Assembly (NCBI RefSeq): GCF_009914755.1
Contig: NC_060947.1
Length of the DNA: 64,000 nt
Direction: 5' to 3' (one strand)
Source: the human T2T-CHM13v2.0 reference genome, Homo sapiens
Each line of letters begins with the position of its first letter. The stretch's first letter is position 1. The translations under genes and the position numbers were made by a program. Below, in pieces: positions 62,560-64,000 of the stretch. The notes under the pieces are model-generated. The model searched no databases. It saw nothing but the letters and a program-made list of their open reading frames with translations, and was not told the origin of the DNA.

Positions 62560-64000
62560 AAGTGACATCAGCAAGATGAATAGGAAGTCCCAGTTTTCTT
62601 CCACCCACAAAACACCAATTTAGTTATGATACACGAACCAAACTACCTTTATGAGAGGTCCAGAATCCAGTTAAGAGGTTGTAGTACCTCAGATGAGCAC
62701 AACACTGAGAACAGCCAATACTGAAATGGATAAGAAGAGCAACTTCAATGTACCAACCTTAGTAATTCCCCCAATATTGCACAGCTCAGTACCATGAGCG
62801 AGCACCTTGGCTTACAACTTTCTTCTTAGGTGGAATGAGATTATGTCTAATGTTTCCGGATTTTTGGGTGAACTGCCTGAAGAACCAGTTTCTGTCTTTT
62901 CCTGTCTTTCCTCATCCGGAGCACTGGCAGAGCTGGCATAGTTCATATGTCTTGGGGCACTTAAGAACAAAGAAGAGTGTCAGACAGCTTGCTGAAGCTG
63001 GTACAGCTCTGCAAGATTGAGACAAGGTGCAGAATCTGTGGCAACTCTCCCAGAAAGAAGGAGAAATGGAGTATGCTTCCGGTATCTCAACCTATGGTAT
63101 AGCAGTAAGACAGCAAAGAGCCCAAAAGATTTCAGGCCTCTGAAAGAAAATCAACCAATAAATCCCTTTTAGTAGAAATCTACAGACAAAAATCCAAAGA
63201 AGACATCTGTAGAAAAGGTTTGAGAAGCTACCAGAATCTCTAGCCAAGCTAACTGGTAAAGGCCTTTCTCTGTCAAAGCCAGTCCGTAAGAATGGAGAGA
63301 TGTGACTCTTTCATCAAATATGAAGATACCAACACAAAGCTACAAGAAACATAATTAGGAAAAAATGACCCAATCTGTGAATTTTTAAAAATCTCATGTA
63401 AACAATCCCAAAATGATGGAGAACAGTAAATTACCTGGCAAGTAATTAAAAATAATTAACTGAAAAAACTCCATAACATACAAATAAACACAGATAGACA
63501 ACTAAAGTAAATCAGAAAAATGACATATGAACAAAAGTAGAATATTAAGAAAGAGAAATTATTAAAAAATAGAAATTCTGAAGCTGAATCATAAAAACCT
63601 GAACTATAAATTTCACTAGATGGCATCGACAACAGATTTCGATCTAGCAGAAGAAAAAGCAGTAGGCTTAAAAATAGGTTATTTGAAATTATTCAGTCTG
63701 AGAAGCAAAAAGAAAAAAAAGACTTTGAAAAAGTGAGGAAATCATACTGGACTTACAAGACACCATCAAGCTAACCAGTAGATGCATTATGGAAACCTCA
63801 GTAAAAGAAGAAAAGGAAGAATGATTATTTAAAGAAATAATAACCAAAATGTTTAGAAATCTGAGGCGGTAAATGAACATTCAGATTTATGAGGCCATAT
63901 AAATTCCAAGTAAGATGAATCCAAATAATTCTACACCAAGATCTATTATAATCAAGTTGTCAAAATTCAAAGAAAAAGAGATAATGTTGAAAGCAATAAG
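62560..64000 (+). mobile_element. L1M 5'UTR and ORF1, running off the window end
   Basis: gacatcagcaagatgaatagg start; ORF1 motifs (gaaattattcagtctgag, atcaagttgtcaaaattcaaag). Confidence 0.75.

Overview
Human, repeat-dense, AT-rich genomic DNA. The human call rests on a near-consensus AluYb8 at 18387-18689. No recognisable intact known gene, RNA gene, CpG island or CRISPR array is present, and nearly all listed ORFs are read-throughs of Alu, L1 or MaLR sequence. The window has three zones: (i) 1-28.5 kb, stacked and nested L1 fragments with Alus, LTRs (MER4A, THE1, MSTA) and a MER6 DNA transposon; (ii) about 29-49 kb, an L1-poor zone with MIR/L2, Alus and most of the unique sequence; (iii) 49-64 kb, long minus-strand L1s ending in a plus-strand L1M 5' end. 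The main lead is a chain of phase-compatible, splice-site-flanked minus-strand segments at about 38-46 kb. Their translation faintly and collinearly resembles POGLUT2/3 (KDELC, GT90/CAP10), suggesting a decayed or unannotated gene; this is unproven. The best-supported structural oddities are an L1-mediated 3' transduction with a clean 12-bp TSD (49851-50329) and a twin-primed L1 with an apparent target-site deletion. Repeat subfamily calls come from remembered consensus sequences, and boundaries of old elements are approximate.
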